From positions 50,621 through 67,133 of the forward strand of contig NZ_DS990391.1 in assembly GCF_000155475.1 (NCBI RefSeq): a stretch of DNA of 16,513 nt. Reading direction: 5' to 3'. Shown piece after piece: positions 7,322 to 16,327 of the stretch. Numbering within the stretch: position 1 is the stretch's first letter; every line of letters starts with the position of its first letter. Under the pieces are notes generated by a model. It searched no databases, had not been told where the DNA came from, and saw only the letters and a program-made list of their open reading frames with translations. The position numbers and the translations under genes are program-made. The DNA comes from Helicobacter cinaedi CCUG 18818 = ATCC BAA-847 (GTDB lineage: Bacteria > Campylobacterota > Campylobacteria > Campylobacterales > Helicobacteraceae).

Positions 7322-7588
7322 ATGAATATTAATGAAAACATTAGCCAAGAGCTGACACTGGAAATGAGCCTAGAAGAAATGGCGTTAGAAGTGGTTGATA
7401 TGCTAGGCGTGGCACTTTACTTTGCCGGGGCAAAAAAGGCACATATTGAGGAGCTTATTGAGCTTTATTCCAAGCAAATGGATAAATTTTATGCCAAGCT
7501 CCCAGAAGATGCTACCTATGGGCAAAATGAGATGATTGAGATTATCAAATCTCTTAAAAAAGATTATCCAAAATTTTTTATGAAGTAG
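7322..7588 (+). CDS. hypothetical 88-aa acidic protein
   Basis: AAGGAGAAG RBS 5 nt upstream. Tightly packed between the DHH gene and purN. No recognisable motif. Likely a lineage-specific small protein. Confidence 0.5.
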   Translation: MNINENISQELTLEMSLEEMALEVVDMLGVALYFAGAKKAHIEELIELYSKQMDKFYAKLPEDATYGQNEMIEIIKSLKKDYPKFFMK

Positions 7589-7593
7589 AACCT

Positions 7594-8274
7594 ATGCAGA
7601 TTCAATGTGCGATTTTATTTAGTGGTAATGGCAGCAATATGCAAAATCTTATAGAATCTTTGCATAATAAACACTTCATACACGCACAAACGCACAAAGA
7701 TTGCAAACTCCACATAGCTCTTACACTTTGCAATAACGCAAACGCACACGGCATAACACGCACTAAAAATCTAAATATCCCTTGTGCCGTGCTACCTCAT
7801 CGTGATTTTAGCTCAAGGGAAGAATTTGATAAGCAGATGATTGCTACTTTGCAAACTTATAGGATTGAATATGTGATTTTAGCTGGATTTATGAGAATCT
7901 TAACGCCACTTTTTACAAACACTTTCCGCACAATCAATATCCACCCTTCATTCCTGCCCGAACACAAAGGGGCAAATGCTATAAAAGATAGCTTTTATGC
8001 TAAGCAAAGCTATGGTGGCGTAAGCGTGCATTGGGTGAATGAAGAACTTGATGGTGGCGAGATTATATTGCAAGAAAAGATTGAAAAGATTCAAGGTGAG
8101 AGCCTTGAAGGCTTTGAATCTAGAATCCACGCCCTTGAATACATACTCTACCCTAAAGCCATTCTAAAAGCCCTTCATCTACTCCCTAAAGAATCTAGTG
8201 TAAAATCTTGTATAGAATCTCACTCCCAGCCTAGCACAGAATCTGCCATAGAATCCAGCAAGGAGAAGCAATGA
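7594..8274 (+). CDS. purN: phosphoribosylglycinamide formyltransferase (PurN) with a Ser/Glu-rich C-terminal tail
   Basis: 'AILFSGNGSNMQNLI' (the N-terminal GxGSN motif), 'NIHPSFLP...KG' (the catalytic HPS loop) and 'GVSVHWVNEELDGGEIILQ' (the D of the His/Asp catalytic pair) match the formyl_trans_N fold of PurN. The roughly 35-aa C-terminal extension (ESSVKSCIESHSQPSTESAIESSKEKQ) overlaps the next start (ATGA). Confidence 0.85.
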   Translation: MQIQCAILFSGNGSNMQNLIESLHNKHFIHAQTHKDCKLHIALTLCNNANAHGITRTKNLNIPCAVLPHRDFSSREEFDKQMIATLQTYRIEYVILAGFMRILTPLFTNTFRTINIHPSFLPEHKGANAIKDSFYAKQSYGGVSVHWVNEELDGGEIILQEKIEKIQGESLEGFESRIHALEYILYPKAILKALHLLPKESSVKSCIESHSQPSTESAIESSKEKQ

Positions 8275-9452
8275 GTCATTCACTTGAGCTTTTAAGTGCA
8301 TTTGGTATCTTTTCTCTGCTGATTCTATCCGCCTCGCCTATCAGCTCACTCACACGCATTCCCATTGTTGTGGTTGAGATGATTTTAGGAGCAGTGGCAG
8401 CTCACTTTTTTAACTTCATCAATACATTTGAAGAAATCTCACTTGTAGCGGAAATTGGCTTTTTATTTTTGATGTTTTTATGCGGTTTAGAGGTGGATAT
8501 TAAATCTTTTGCAAAACTTGGCAAAAGCTTCTTACTTAAAGCCCTAGCGTATTTTTGCACCCTTTATGGCATTACCTGCCTTGTGGTATTTAGCACAAAT
8601 CTCTCATACATATATATCGCCGCTTTCCCAGTTATGAGCTTGGGTATGATTGTAGCCTTAATCAAAGACTATGGCAAACATCAGCCTTGGCTTGATTTAG
8701 CCCTAAAGATTGGAATCTTAGGGGAGCTTGTAAGTATTACTGCTTTAGTTATCATTGATGGTGCTTCAAGGCACGGCGTGGGCAGTGAGCTATTACAAAA
8801 ATTGCTTATTCTGCTTATCTTTTTGCTTGTTGTTGCCTTTGGCTTTAGAATTGCAAAAGTGTTTTTTTGGTGGATGCCACAAGTGCGGTTTTTATTTTTG
8901 CCACGCGATGATAGTAACTCTCAAGATTTGCGTTTTGTCTTTTTCCTACTTTTTGCCTTTGTGCTTTTAATGATGATTTTGGAGATTAAAGCGGTTTTGG
9001 GTGCGTTCTTAGCCGGGACAATTCTTAGCACATTTTTCAAGCACAAAGCAGACTTACCTGAACAGCTTAATCACTTTGGATTTGGCTTTTTTGTGCCATT
9101 TTTCTTTGTGTATGTTGGCTCTACGCTTAATCTCAATGCGATTTTTGGCGATATTGATATTCTCTATCACGCTGCATACTTAATCGCTGGAATGCTACTT
9201 TTACGCATTATCAGTGCGAGTATCGTCTTTGGCAGATATTTTAAGAATCTTAAATCCACACTCCTTTTTGCTCTAAGCGATTCTATGCCGCTCACTTTTC
9301 TTATCGCTACTGCTACTTTAGGTAAAAGTATAGGGGAGTTAGACGACACACTTTATGCTTCATTTGTGCTTGGTGCGATTTTGGAAGGCATCATTTTTAG
9401 CGTATGTATTAAAGTCATTTATGTATTTTGGAAAACAAAAAAGGAGAAATAA
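8271..9452 (+). CDS. cation:proton antiporter (Na+/H+ exchanger family, CPA-type) membrane protein
   Basis: 393 aa with about 11-12 predicted TM helices. 'EMILGAVAAHFFN ... EIGFLFLMFLCGLEVDIKSF' is the characteristic N-terminal region of Na_H_Exchanger-family proteins. Start overlaps the purN stop and stop overlaps the next start. Confidence 0.75.
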   Translation: MSHSLELLSAFGIFSLLILSASPISSLTRIPIVVVEMILGAVAAHFFNFINTFEEISLVAEIGFLFLMFLCGLEVDIKSFAKLGKSFLLKALAYFCTLYGITCLVVFSTNLSYIYIAAFPVMSLGMIVALIKDYGKHQPWLDLALKIGILGELVSITALVIIDGASRHGVGSELLQKLLILLIFLLVVAFGFRIAKVFFWWMPQVRFLFLPRDDSNSQDLRFVFFLLFAFVLLMMILEIKAVLGAFLAGTILSTFFKHKADLPEQLNHFGFGFFVPFFFVYVGSTLNLNAIFGDIDILYHAAYLIAGMLLLRIISASIVFGRYFKNLKSTLLFALSDSMPLTFLIATATLGKSIGELDDTLYASFVLGAILEGIIFSVCIKVIYVFWKTKKEK

Positions 9453-10852
9453 TGCAAACGCCTCGTCAAACTTGGAGCTCTAGCTTAACTTATGTTTTAA
9501 CGGTTGCAGGAGCTACCATTGGCTTTGGGGCGACTTGGAGATTCCCCTATCTTGTGGGAGAAAATGGCGGTGGGGCGTATGTGCTTATCTTTGTGTTAGC
9601 GATGATCTTAGTTGGAATCCCTGTGATTTTAGTAGAGAATGTCATTGGCAGACGCACACAGAAAAATGCCATTGACGCATTTGGCGGCGAAGTTAATGGC
9701 AAAAAGATTCCGCGTTTTTATAAGATTATTGGCTATCTTGGTATTGCTGGAGCATTTGGGATAATGGCATATTATATGGTGCTTGGTGGCTATGTCATCA
9801 CTTATATTATTAACATCATAAGTGGGAATCTTAATCTTAGCTCCCCCATTGAAAAAGACATCGCAAAGAGCTTTTATGAAAGCAATATTACGCATAATCC
9901 GCTGATGGTTGGAATCTACACGGGCATTTTTGTGCTTATTAATTGGATTATTTTGAAAAAAGGTGTGATTGATGGGATTGAGCGGAGTATGAAATACCTT
10001 ATGCCCTTGCTTTTTATCTGTTTGCTTATTATGGTCGTACGCAACCTTACTTTGCCAAATGCAATGGAAGGTGTAAGATTCTATCTTTTACCTGATTTTA
10101 GCAAGATTAATGCAAGGCTTTTCATTGATGTGCTAGGGCAGGTATTTTTTGCACTCTCGCTTGGCTTTGGTGTGATGATAACCCTTTCATCATATTTGCA
10201 AAAAGATGAAAATATGATTAAAACCGCTGTTGCCACTGGAATCTTAAACACAATCATCGCTCTTTTAGCCGGATTTATGATTTTCCCCTCTCTTTTTAGC
10301 TTTTCCCTAAGCCCCGATCAAGGACAAAGCCTTGTGTTTCAAACGCTGCCTATTGTGTTTTCCCATATTTATTTTGGTAATGTCTTAGCGGTGGTGTTTT
10401 TCCTTTTGCTTATTACCGCTGCCCTTACCACTTCACTGCCTATCTATGAAGTTATCATTACCACATTGCACGAAAAGCTTAAAATCTCTCGCACAATGGC
10501 TATAAATATCACACTTGGGAGTATTTTGATCCTTGGGAATATCCCTTGTATCCTTGCCTATGGTCCTTGGGAGCATATCACTTGGAATGGCAAAAATATC
10601 TTTGATATATTTGATTATGTGAGTGGCAATATTCTTTTTGTGCTGACTTCCCTTGGCACTTTATTTTTTGTAGGTTGGGTGCTTAAGTCTCAATCCCTAA
10701 AAGAGCTTAGCAATAACGGCACACTCCACCCACTGCTTGTAAAAATCTGGTATTACTATGTGAAGTTTTTTCTCCCCTTTATTGTGGTGCTGATTTTTAT
10801 CGCGGGGAATTTTCCAAAGAGCCTTGAATACTTCTTTGCCTTCTTGCGTTAG
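9452..10852 (+). CDS. sodium-dependent transporter, neurotransmitter:sodium symporter (NSS/SNF) family
   Basis: 'WSSSLTYVLTVAGATIGFGATWRFPYLVGENGGGAYVLIFVLAMILVGIPVILVE' is the NSS TM1-TM2 signature (GxG-NxWRFPY). AAGGAG lies 6 nt before the ATG at 9452, which overlaps the preceding stop. The six-frame ORF starts upstream at 9428 but lacks an RBS there. Confidence 0.85.
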   Translation: MQTPRQTWSSSLTYVLTVAGATIGFGATWRFPYLVGENGGGAYVLIFVLAMILVGIPVILVENVIGRRTQKNAIDAFGGEVNGKKIPRFYKIIGYLGIAGAFGIMAYYMVLGGYVITYIINIISGNLNLSSPIEKDIAKSFYESNITHNPLMVGIYTGIFVLINWIILKKGVIDGIERSMKYLMPLLFICLLIMVVRNLTLPNAMEGVRFYLLPDFSKINARLFIDVLGQVFFALSLGFGVMITLSSYLQKDENMIKTAVATGILNTIIALLAGFMIFPSLFSFSLSPDQGQSLVFQTLPIVFSHIYFGNVLAVVFFLLLITAALTTSLPIYEVIITTLHEKLKISRTMAINITLGSILILGNIPCILAYGPWEHITWNGKNIFDIFDYVSGNILFVLTSLGTLFFVGWVLKSQSLKELSNNGTLHPLLVKIWYYYVKFFLPFIVVLIFIAGNFPKSLEYFFAFLR

Positions 10853-10858
10853 ATAAAA

Positions 10859-12661
10859 ATGAGAATCTTATCTGCTTTTTTTACTCTGTGTGTTTTTGCT
10901 ACTCTAAGCAACGCCTTAAACACACAAACCCACGCCCTAAGCATTTATGGCAATCCAAAATATCCCAAAAACTTCACACATTTTGATTATGTCAATCCAA
11001 ACGCTCCAAAAGGCGGCACTTTAAAAAGTTTTGCGTTAGGCACTTTTGATAGCCTTAATCCCTTTAGCCAAAAGGGCAATCCCGCAGCGGAGCTTCACAC
11101 TCTTGTGTATAACACCCTTACCATTCAAAGCCTTGATGAGCCTTTTAGCGAATACGCCCTTGTGGCAGATTCTATGACGCAAGGCAGGGATTTTATTATC
11201 TTTCATCTTAATAAAAAGGCAAGGTTTAGCGATGGGAAGCCTATTAGAGCAAAAGATGTTGTTTTTAGCTTTGAGACACTTTTACAAAAAGGCAAGATTG
11301 ATTTTAAACGCTACTATGCTGATGTGAATAGCGTTAAGGCGTTAAGTGATTTAGAAGTGATTTTTTATTTTAAAACAGATTCAAATAAGGAGCTACCGCT
11401 GATTTTAGGGCAGATTCCCATTTTGCCTTCACACATTTATCTTCAAAATGGCAAAAACACCTTTGGAGAAAATCCCTTGCAAATCCCTGTGGGAAGCGGG
11501 GCATATAAAGTCAAAAAGTTTGATTTAGGGCGGAGTATCACTTATGAGCGAGACCCAAACTATTGGGCAAAAGACCACCCCACGCAAAAAGGAATGTATA
11601 ACTTTGATGAAGTGGTGGTGGAATATTACAAAGATCCTGCTGTGGCACAAACTGCGTTTATGGCGGGAGAATATGACTACCGCATTGAAACTTCGGCAAA
11701 AGTATGGGCAAACGACTATGAAGGCAGGGCAAAAAGGGAGGGGAAGATTATCCTGCAAAGCTTTAGACACGAGCTACCTAGCACATTACAAGGATTCTTT
11801 TTCAACACAAGAAAGCCCATTTTTGCTGATAAAAGAGTGCGAGAGGCAATTTTTTATGCCTTTGATTTTGAATGGAGCAATAAGAATCTTTTTTATAATC
11901 AATATGAACGCACCACACATATTTTTCATAACTCCCCTTTTGCAAGTTCTGCCCTGCCACAAGGAAAGGAGCTAGAAATACTTTTACCCTATAAAGACAG
12001 GCTAGATTCTAGAATCTTTACCCAACCCTACATCGTGCCTATAACAAATGGGGAGCAAAAGCGTGGGGAAAATTTGAGAGAAAATCTCAAATACGCAAGG
12101 GATTTATTAGAATCTGCGGGATTTTATGTGAAAAATGGAGCTCTTTACACACCCACACATCAGCCTTTTAGCTTTGAAATTCTTATCTCTTATGATGCTT
12201 TTGAACGCATTTGTCTGCCTTTTGCTAAGAATCTTAAAAAGCTTGGGATTGAAGCTAAAATACGCAAAGTTGATGATTCACAATACATTAATCGTGTGCG
12301 GGCTTTTGAATATGATATGGTTGTTGAACTCTTAGGGCAAAGTCTATTCCCGGGCAATGAGCAAAACTACTATTGGAACTCTCAAGTTGTTAGCACTAAA
12401 GGAAGTAAAAACTTTGCTGGTGTGCAAGATCCTGTGGTAGATGAGCTAATTACCAAATTGCTTAATGCCAATTCGCAGCAGGATAGAATAGCTATTGGTA
12501 AATCCCTTGATAGAGTGCTATTATGGGGCTTTTATGTCCTGCCACATTTTAATCTCCCCGCTTTTCGCATAGCCTATTGGCGAAACATCGCTATGCCTAG
12601 CCAAACTCCGCCCTATGGGATTGATCCATACTTATGGTGGAGTAAGGGAGCAAAAAGCTAG
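10859..12661 (+). CDS. periplasmic ABC-type solute-binding protein, family 5 (YejA/OppA/DppA-like, peptide-type)
   Basis: 600 aa, with N-terminal signal peptide 'MRILSAFFTLCVFATLSNALNTQTHA'. The length and sequence ('FHLNKKARFSDGKPIRAKDVVFSFE', 'YERDPNYWAKD') fit SBP_bac_5 with the YejA-like long form. Confidence 0.8.
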   Translation: MRILSAFFTLCVFATLSNALNTQTHALSIYGNPKYPKNFTHFDYVNPNAPKGGTLKSFALGTFDSLNPFSQKGNPAAELHTLVYNTLTIQSLDEPFSEYALVADSMTQGRDFIIFHLNKKARFSDGKPIRAKDVVFSFETLLQKGKIDFKRYYADVNSVKALSDLEVIFYFKTDSNKELPLILGQIPILPSHIYLQNGKNTFGENPLQIPVGSGAYKVKKFDLGRSITYERDPNYWAKDHPTQKGMYNFDEVVVEYYKDPAVAQTAFMAGEYDYRIETSAKVWANDYEGRAKREGKIILQSFRHELPSTLQGFFFNTRKPIFADKRVREAIFYAFDFEWSNKNLFYNQYERTTHIFHNSPFASSALPQGKELEILLPYKDRLDSRIFTQPYIVPITNGEQKRGENLRENLKYARDLLESAGFYVKNGALYTPTHQPFSFEILISYDAFERICLPFAKNLKKLGIEAKIRKVDDSQYINRVRAFEYDMVVELLGQSLFPGNEQNYYWNSQVVSTKGSKNFAGVQDPVVDELITKLLNANSQQDRIAIGKSLDRVLLWGFYVLPHFNLPAFRIAYWRNIAMPSQTPPYGIDPYLWWSKGAKS

Positions 12662-12716
12662 AAAATGCTAGAATCCACGCTTTTTTACACAAAAATATAG
12701 AGATAAAAGGGATAAA

Positions 12717-14531
12717 ATGCCACGCGAAAAAGGATTTGAAAATCAAAACTTCAAAAATAAAAAAAACAAAAGTTTAAAAAACAGAATCTTCAAAAACAAA
12801 AAACGCCATAAAAATCAAAAAAGTGCTTTGCGGATTCTAAGGGAGCTGACTACAAGGCGAGATAAGATTATTTTGCTTTTTTTATTTATCGCTACTATTA
12901 TTCTATCTTTGATTGAAACGCTTGGCATTAGTGTGATTATGCCTTTTATCACCTTTGCGAGTAATCCGGATATGATTTTTGCTCACTGGAGTTCAAAGTG
13001 GGTATATGACACGCTTGGCTTTGACAGCACATTGCATTTTATGTATGCTTTTAGTGCTTTGCTTGTAGGTTTTTATATCTTTCGTGCGTTGTATAATGCG
13101 GCGTATTCCTATGGGCTATCGCGTTTTGCTTTTAGGAAGTTTCACTACTTTGCCTATCGGCTTTTTTGTAAAAGTGTAGAGCTTAGCTATCTTGATTTTA
13201 GTCATAAAAAGACGGATAAGATTCGCCAAACCATTGTGAGCGAAGCACAAAATACTTCATTTTATCTTCAAAATCTTTTACAAGTCAGTTCGGAGTTTTT
13301 TACCATTTGTCTTATGTATGCACTTTTGCTTATGGTAAGCTGGAAAATGACTTTGGTGCTGACACTTTTGCTAAGTGTGCAGGTGCTGTTTATTATCAAA
13401 CTGCTTTCACGCAAGATTAAGAAAAAGGGAGAAATTGATGTAGAGACGAGTGCCCAGCTTAATGAGCTTATCACAAAAACTTTTGGGAATTTTAAGTTTA
13501 TTAAGCTTAAAGGCAATCAAGATGAAGTCTATCACGCATTTGATAAACTCTCACGCAAACGCACCAACGCCACTATTATCGCACAAAGCCTTCTGCCACT
13601 TCCGCGTATTATCCTTGAGACTATTGGCTTTGGTGTGCTCATTGCCTGTGTGGCTTATATTTTGTTTCAATACCAAGATGCAAGTGCGGTTATTCCTATT
13701 ATCTCTATGTATGCCTTGGCGTTATATAGAATCTTACCTGCAGTAACGCGTATCCTTAATAACATTAATATGATGAGCTATCTCACCCATTCGGTATATA
13801 GTGTGTATGAAAATCTCACCTACCATACAGAAGATGAATATCAAGAGCCCTGTGCGTTTGTAGATTCTATTAAGTTAGAAAATGTTGATTTTACCTATGT
13901 GAGCCATAAGCCGATTCTAAAAGATTTTTCGCTTGAGATTAAGAAGGGAGAGAAAGTCGCATTTGTGGGGCAAAGTGGAGCTGGGAAAAGCACACTTGTA
14001 GATATCATCATTGGAATCTACAAACCCCAAAAAGGACATTTGCTCGTAGATAATGTGCCTATTACCAACCACAACCTAAGAGCGTGGCGGAAAAAAATCG
14101 GCTATATCCCACAAAGCATTTATCTTTTTGATGGCTCTGTGGCGGAAAATGTCGCTTTTGGCTCTCACTTTGATGAAGAAAAAATCAAAATCGCCTGTCA
14201 AAAGGCACAGATTCTAGACTTCTTAAACACCCATAATGGAATCTACACACGCGTAGGAGAGGGTGGAATCTTGCTTAGTGGCGGACAAAAGCAACGCATA
14301 GGCATAGCAAGGGCGATTTATGATGACCCTGAAATCCTTGTGCTTGATGAAGCCACCTCCGCCCTTGATAACCAAACAGAAGCTGACATTATGGAGCAAA
14401 TCTATGATGTGGCGAGTAATAAAACACTCCTTATTATCGCCCACCGCCTAAGCACCATTGAGCGATGTGAGCGTAAGATTGAGCTACAAACAAATAGCAA
14501 TGGGGGGGGGGGCAGTAATGAAAACCTATAA
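12717..14531 (+). CDS. ABC transporter, fused permease/ATP-binding protein (exporter-type, MsbA/Sav1866-like fold) with Lys-rich N-terminal extension and G-tract-encoded C-terminal tail
   Basis: Six predicted TM helices, then an NBD with Walker A 'GQSGAGKST', Q-loop 'IGYIPQ', signature 'LSGGQKQRIGIARAIY', Walker B 'ILVLDEATSALD' and H-loop 'IIAHRLSTI'. The N-terminal 40 aa are poly-Lys/Asn (A-rich DNA). The true start may be an internal TTG, since there is no internal ATG before TM1. The C-terminus 'NSNGGGGSNENL' is encoded by a G11 run. Confidence 0.85.
   Translation: MPREKGFENQNFKNKKNKSLKNRIFKNKKRHKNQKSALRILRELTTRRDKIILLFLFIATIILSLIETLGISVIMPFITFASNPDMIFAHWSSKWVYDTLGFDSTLHFMYAFSALLVGFYIFRALYNAAYSYGLSRFAFRKFHYFAYRLFCKSVELSYLDFSHKKTDKIRQTIVSEAQNTSFYLQNLLQVSSEFFTICLMYALLLMVSWKMTLVLTLLLSVQVLFIIKLLSRKIKKKGEIDVETSAQLNELITKTFGNFKFIKLKGNQDEVYHAFDKLSRKRTNATIIAQSLLPLPRIILETIGFGVLIACVAYILFQYQDASAVIPIISMYALALYRILPAVTRILNNINMMSYLTHSVYSVYENLTYHTEDEYQEPCAFVDSIKLENVDFTYVSHKPILKDFSLEIKKGEKVAFVGQSGAGKSTLVDIIIGIYKPQKGHLLVDNVPITNHNLRAWRKKIGYIPQSIYLFDGSVAENVAFGSHFDEEKIKIACQKAQILDFLNTHNGIYTRVGEGGILLSGGQKQRIGIARAIYDDPEILVLDEATSALDNQTEADIMEQIYDVASNKTLLIIAHRLSTIERCERKIELQTNSNGGGGSNENL
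14502..14512. repeat. homopolymeric G11 tract, 7 codons before the ABC exporter stop
   Basis: Counted directly, 14502-14512. Lies in the coding strand of the ABC gene. Confidence 0.95.
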
Positions 14532-14563
14532 AACCCAAAATACAATAGATCAAGGGATCAAAA

Positions 14564-16327
14564 ATGAAATATTATCTTGATTTTATCCACGCTACTACGA
14601 TAAAAAAAGCAAAAATTTTTAGCTTTTTAAAATGCGATGAGAATGAGGCTAAGATTTTACAATTTATGGCAAAGGCTTTGCTTCAAGGGGAGAGTGATTT
14701 TGTGGTGCATACTTTGCTTTACAAAAGTCTGATTGAAGCAAAGGCAGATTCAAGAATCAAAACAAGTGAAAAAGCCTTAGGCTTTCTGCCCCATATCCGC
14801 AATCTTATTGAGCTAGGCTGGATAACACAAAGCTCCTTTTTGCAGCCTAAAATCACAGATATTGCCCTGCTTGAGCTTTATAATGATAATGTCTGCCTTT
14901 CCCACGCATTTTTGAAGCTCCTAGAAGATGGTGCGTTAAATGTTGATTTACCAGAAATTACTCCTTATGAAGATCATTTAGAATACTTAAAAGATCGCTT
15001 TTCGCATATTGAGCTTTTACACAAAATGAGTGGGCTAAAATTTTCTCAAAAGCTAGATTCTCCCTCACTTTCCCGTGCAAACTATCGCCTAAAGCTTTTA
15101 GAAGAAACAATCCAATCACGCCTTCAACTCACAACAAAAGATATAAGCATTATAAAGCTCATCAAAGAACAGCATTTAGAGCCAAAAGAGCAGATTATCT
15201 TTTTTGCGTTATTGAAAGAAGAATATAGCAGTAGCGATGAAAACTTGCGTGATATGAATGCCCTGCTTGAGCTTATAAGCCTTGATGAGTATGATAAGAT
15301 TAAGCATCGCTCCTTGCTTGATGAAAATTCCAATCTCGTGCAAAAGGGCTTAATTGACTATGATGAGCTTTTAAATCCCTTTGGTGGAATCTCACGCACT
15401 TTTTTTATCCCTGAAGAGATTTTGCAAAACATTATCCACCCTAATAAAAAGAAAAAGCGGAATAAAATTAGTCTAGATTCTCTTATTAAAAACCAAGATA
15501 TTTTTGAGCTTGTAGAGCCAAAATATGATATGAATGAGATTATTTTGCACCAAAATACCCGTGAGATTCTCAACAATCTCCTAGCCCAAGTCAATAGCAA
15601 TGTCGTGCATTTACTGCACCTTTGGGGCATAAGAGATAAGAAAAAGGGCATTGATGCAAAAATTTTGCTCTATGGAGCGCCGGGCTCTGGCAAGACTATT
15701 ACCGCCCTAGCTCTCGCTAAGAGTCTAAAAAAGCAGGTGTTAAGCTTTGATTGCTCTAAGATTCTATCAATGTATATTGGCGAATCTGAAAAAAATGTCC
15801 GCAGGATTTTTGATAGCTATAATGAGATTTGCAAAAGCATTAAAAATGAGCCGATTTTATTGCTTGATGAAGCTGATCAATTCCTTAGCACACGCTCTAA
15901 CAGCGGCAATAGTGCAGATAAAATGCATAACCAAATGCAAAATATTTTCTTAGAGCAAATTGAGCGATTTGATGGAATCTTAATTGCCACAACCAATCTT
16001 TTAGAAAACTTTGATACCGCCTTTTCACGCCGCTTTAACTACAAAATAGAATTTAAGCGTCCAAATAGGGAGCAAAGAGAAGCCTTGTGGCTTAAGTATC
16101 TGCCACAAAATGCGGAGTTTAGCGTAGATTCTAAAGAGAATCTAGCCGCCGCCCTAGCAGAATATGATTTAAGCGGAGGGCAAATCGCCCTTGTGATTAA
16201 AAACACCGCCTATAAAGTCGCCACAAAAAAAGAGAGCATTTTCACGCAAGAAGATTTTATCACGCAGATTAAAGCCGAGCTTAGTGGGAATTTTGACAAT
16301 AACAAACCTATGGGCTTTAGAGCCTAA
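14564..16327 (+). CDS. AAA-family ATPase (classic clade) with large uncharacterised helical N-terminal domain
   Basis: 587 aa. The C-terminal 240 aa carry Walker A 'LLYGAPGSGKT', Walker B 'ILLLDEADQF', sensor-1 'ILIATTNLLENFD' and arginine-finger region 'FSRRFNYKIEFKRP', the canonical AAA (FtsH/Vps4/katanin-like) arrangement. The N-terminal ~340 aa are helical with no motif I recognise. Stop overlaps the next ATG (TAATG). Confidence 0.8.
   Translation: MKYYLDFIHATTIKKAKIFSFLKCDENEAKILQFMAKALLQGESDFVVHTLLYKSLIEAKADSRIKTSEKALGFLPHIRNLIELGWITQSSFLQPKITDIALLELYNDNVCLSHAFLKLLEDGALNVDLPEITPYEDHLEYLKDRFSHIELLHKMSGLKFSQKLDSPSLSRANYRLKLLEETIQSRLQLTTKDISIIKLIKEQHLEPKEQIIFFALLKEEYSSSDENLRDMNALLELISLDEYDKIKHRSLLDENSNLVQKGLIDYDELLNPFGGISRTFFIPEEILQNIIHPNKKKKRNKISLDSLIKNQDIFELVEPKYDMNEIILHQNTREILNNLLAQVNSNVVHLLHLWGIRDKKKGIDAKILLYGAPGSGKTITALALAKSLKKQVLSFDCSKILSMYIGESEKNVRRIFDSYNEICKSIKNEPILLLDEADQFLSTRSNSGNSADKMHNQMQNIFLEQIERFDGILIATTNLLENFDTAFSRRFNYKIEFKRPNREQREALWLKYLPQNAEFSVDSKENLAAALAEYDLSGGQIALVIKNTAYKVATKKESIFTQEDFITQIKAELSGNFDNNKPMGFRA

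Noticed and set aside
7409-7425. TGGCAC-N-TTTGC sigma-54-like match
   Set aside because: GG-to-GC spacing is 12 rather than 10, and it lies inside the 88-aa ORF.
11525-12335. ORFs 11525-11770(-), 11544-11975(+) and 12135-12335(+)
   Set aside because: Out-of-frame or antisense ORFs inside the family-5 SBP gene, whose frame is supported by signal peptide and domain-wide similarity.
12657-12690. Possible terminator after the SBP gene (CTAG-N7-CTAG followed by a T6 run)
   Set aside because: Stem is only 4 bp and not adjacent to the T-run. More likely the genes are co-transcribed.
13268-14444. ORFs 13268-13516(-), 13450-13746(+) and 14223-14444(-)
   Set aside because: Embedded in the ABC transporter gene. 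The ABC frame carries all NBD motifs in the correct order.
15124-15953. ORFs 15124-15333(-), 15358-15651(-) and 15747-15953(+)
   Set aside because: Embedded in or antisense to the AAA ATPase gene.
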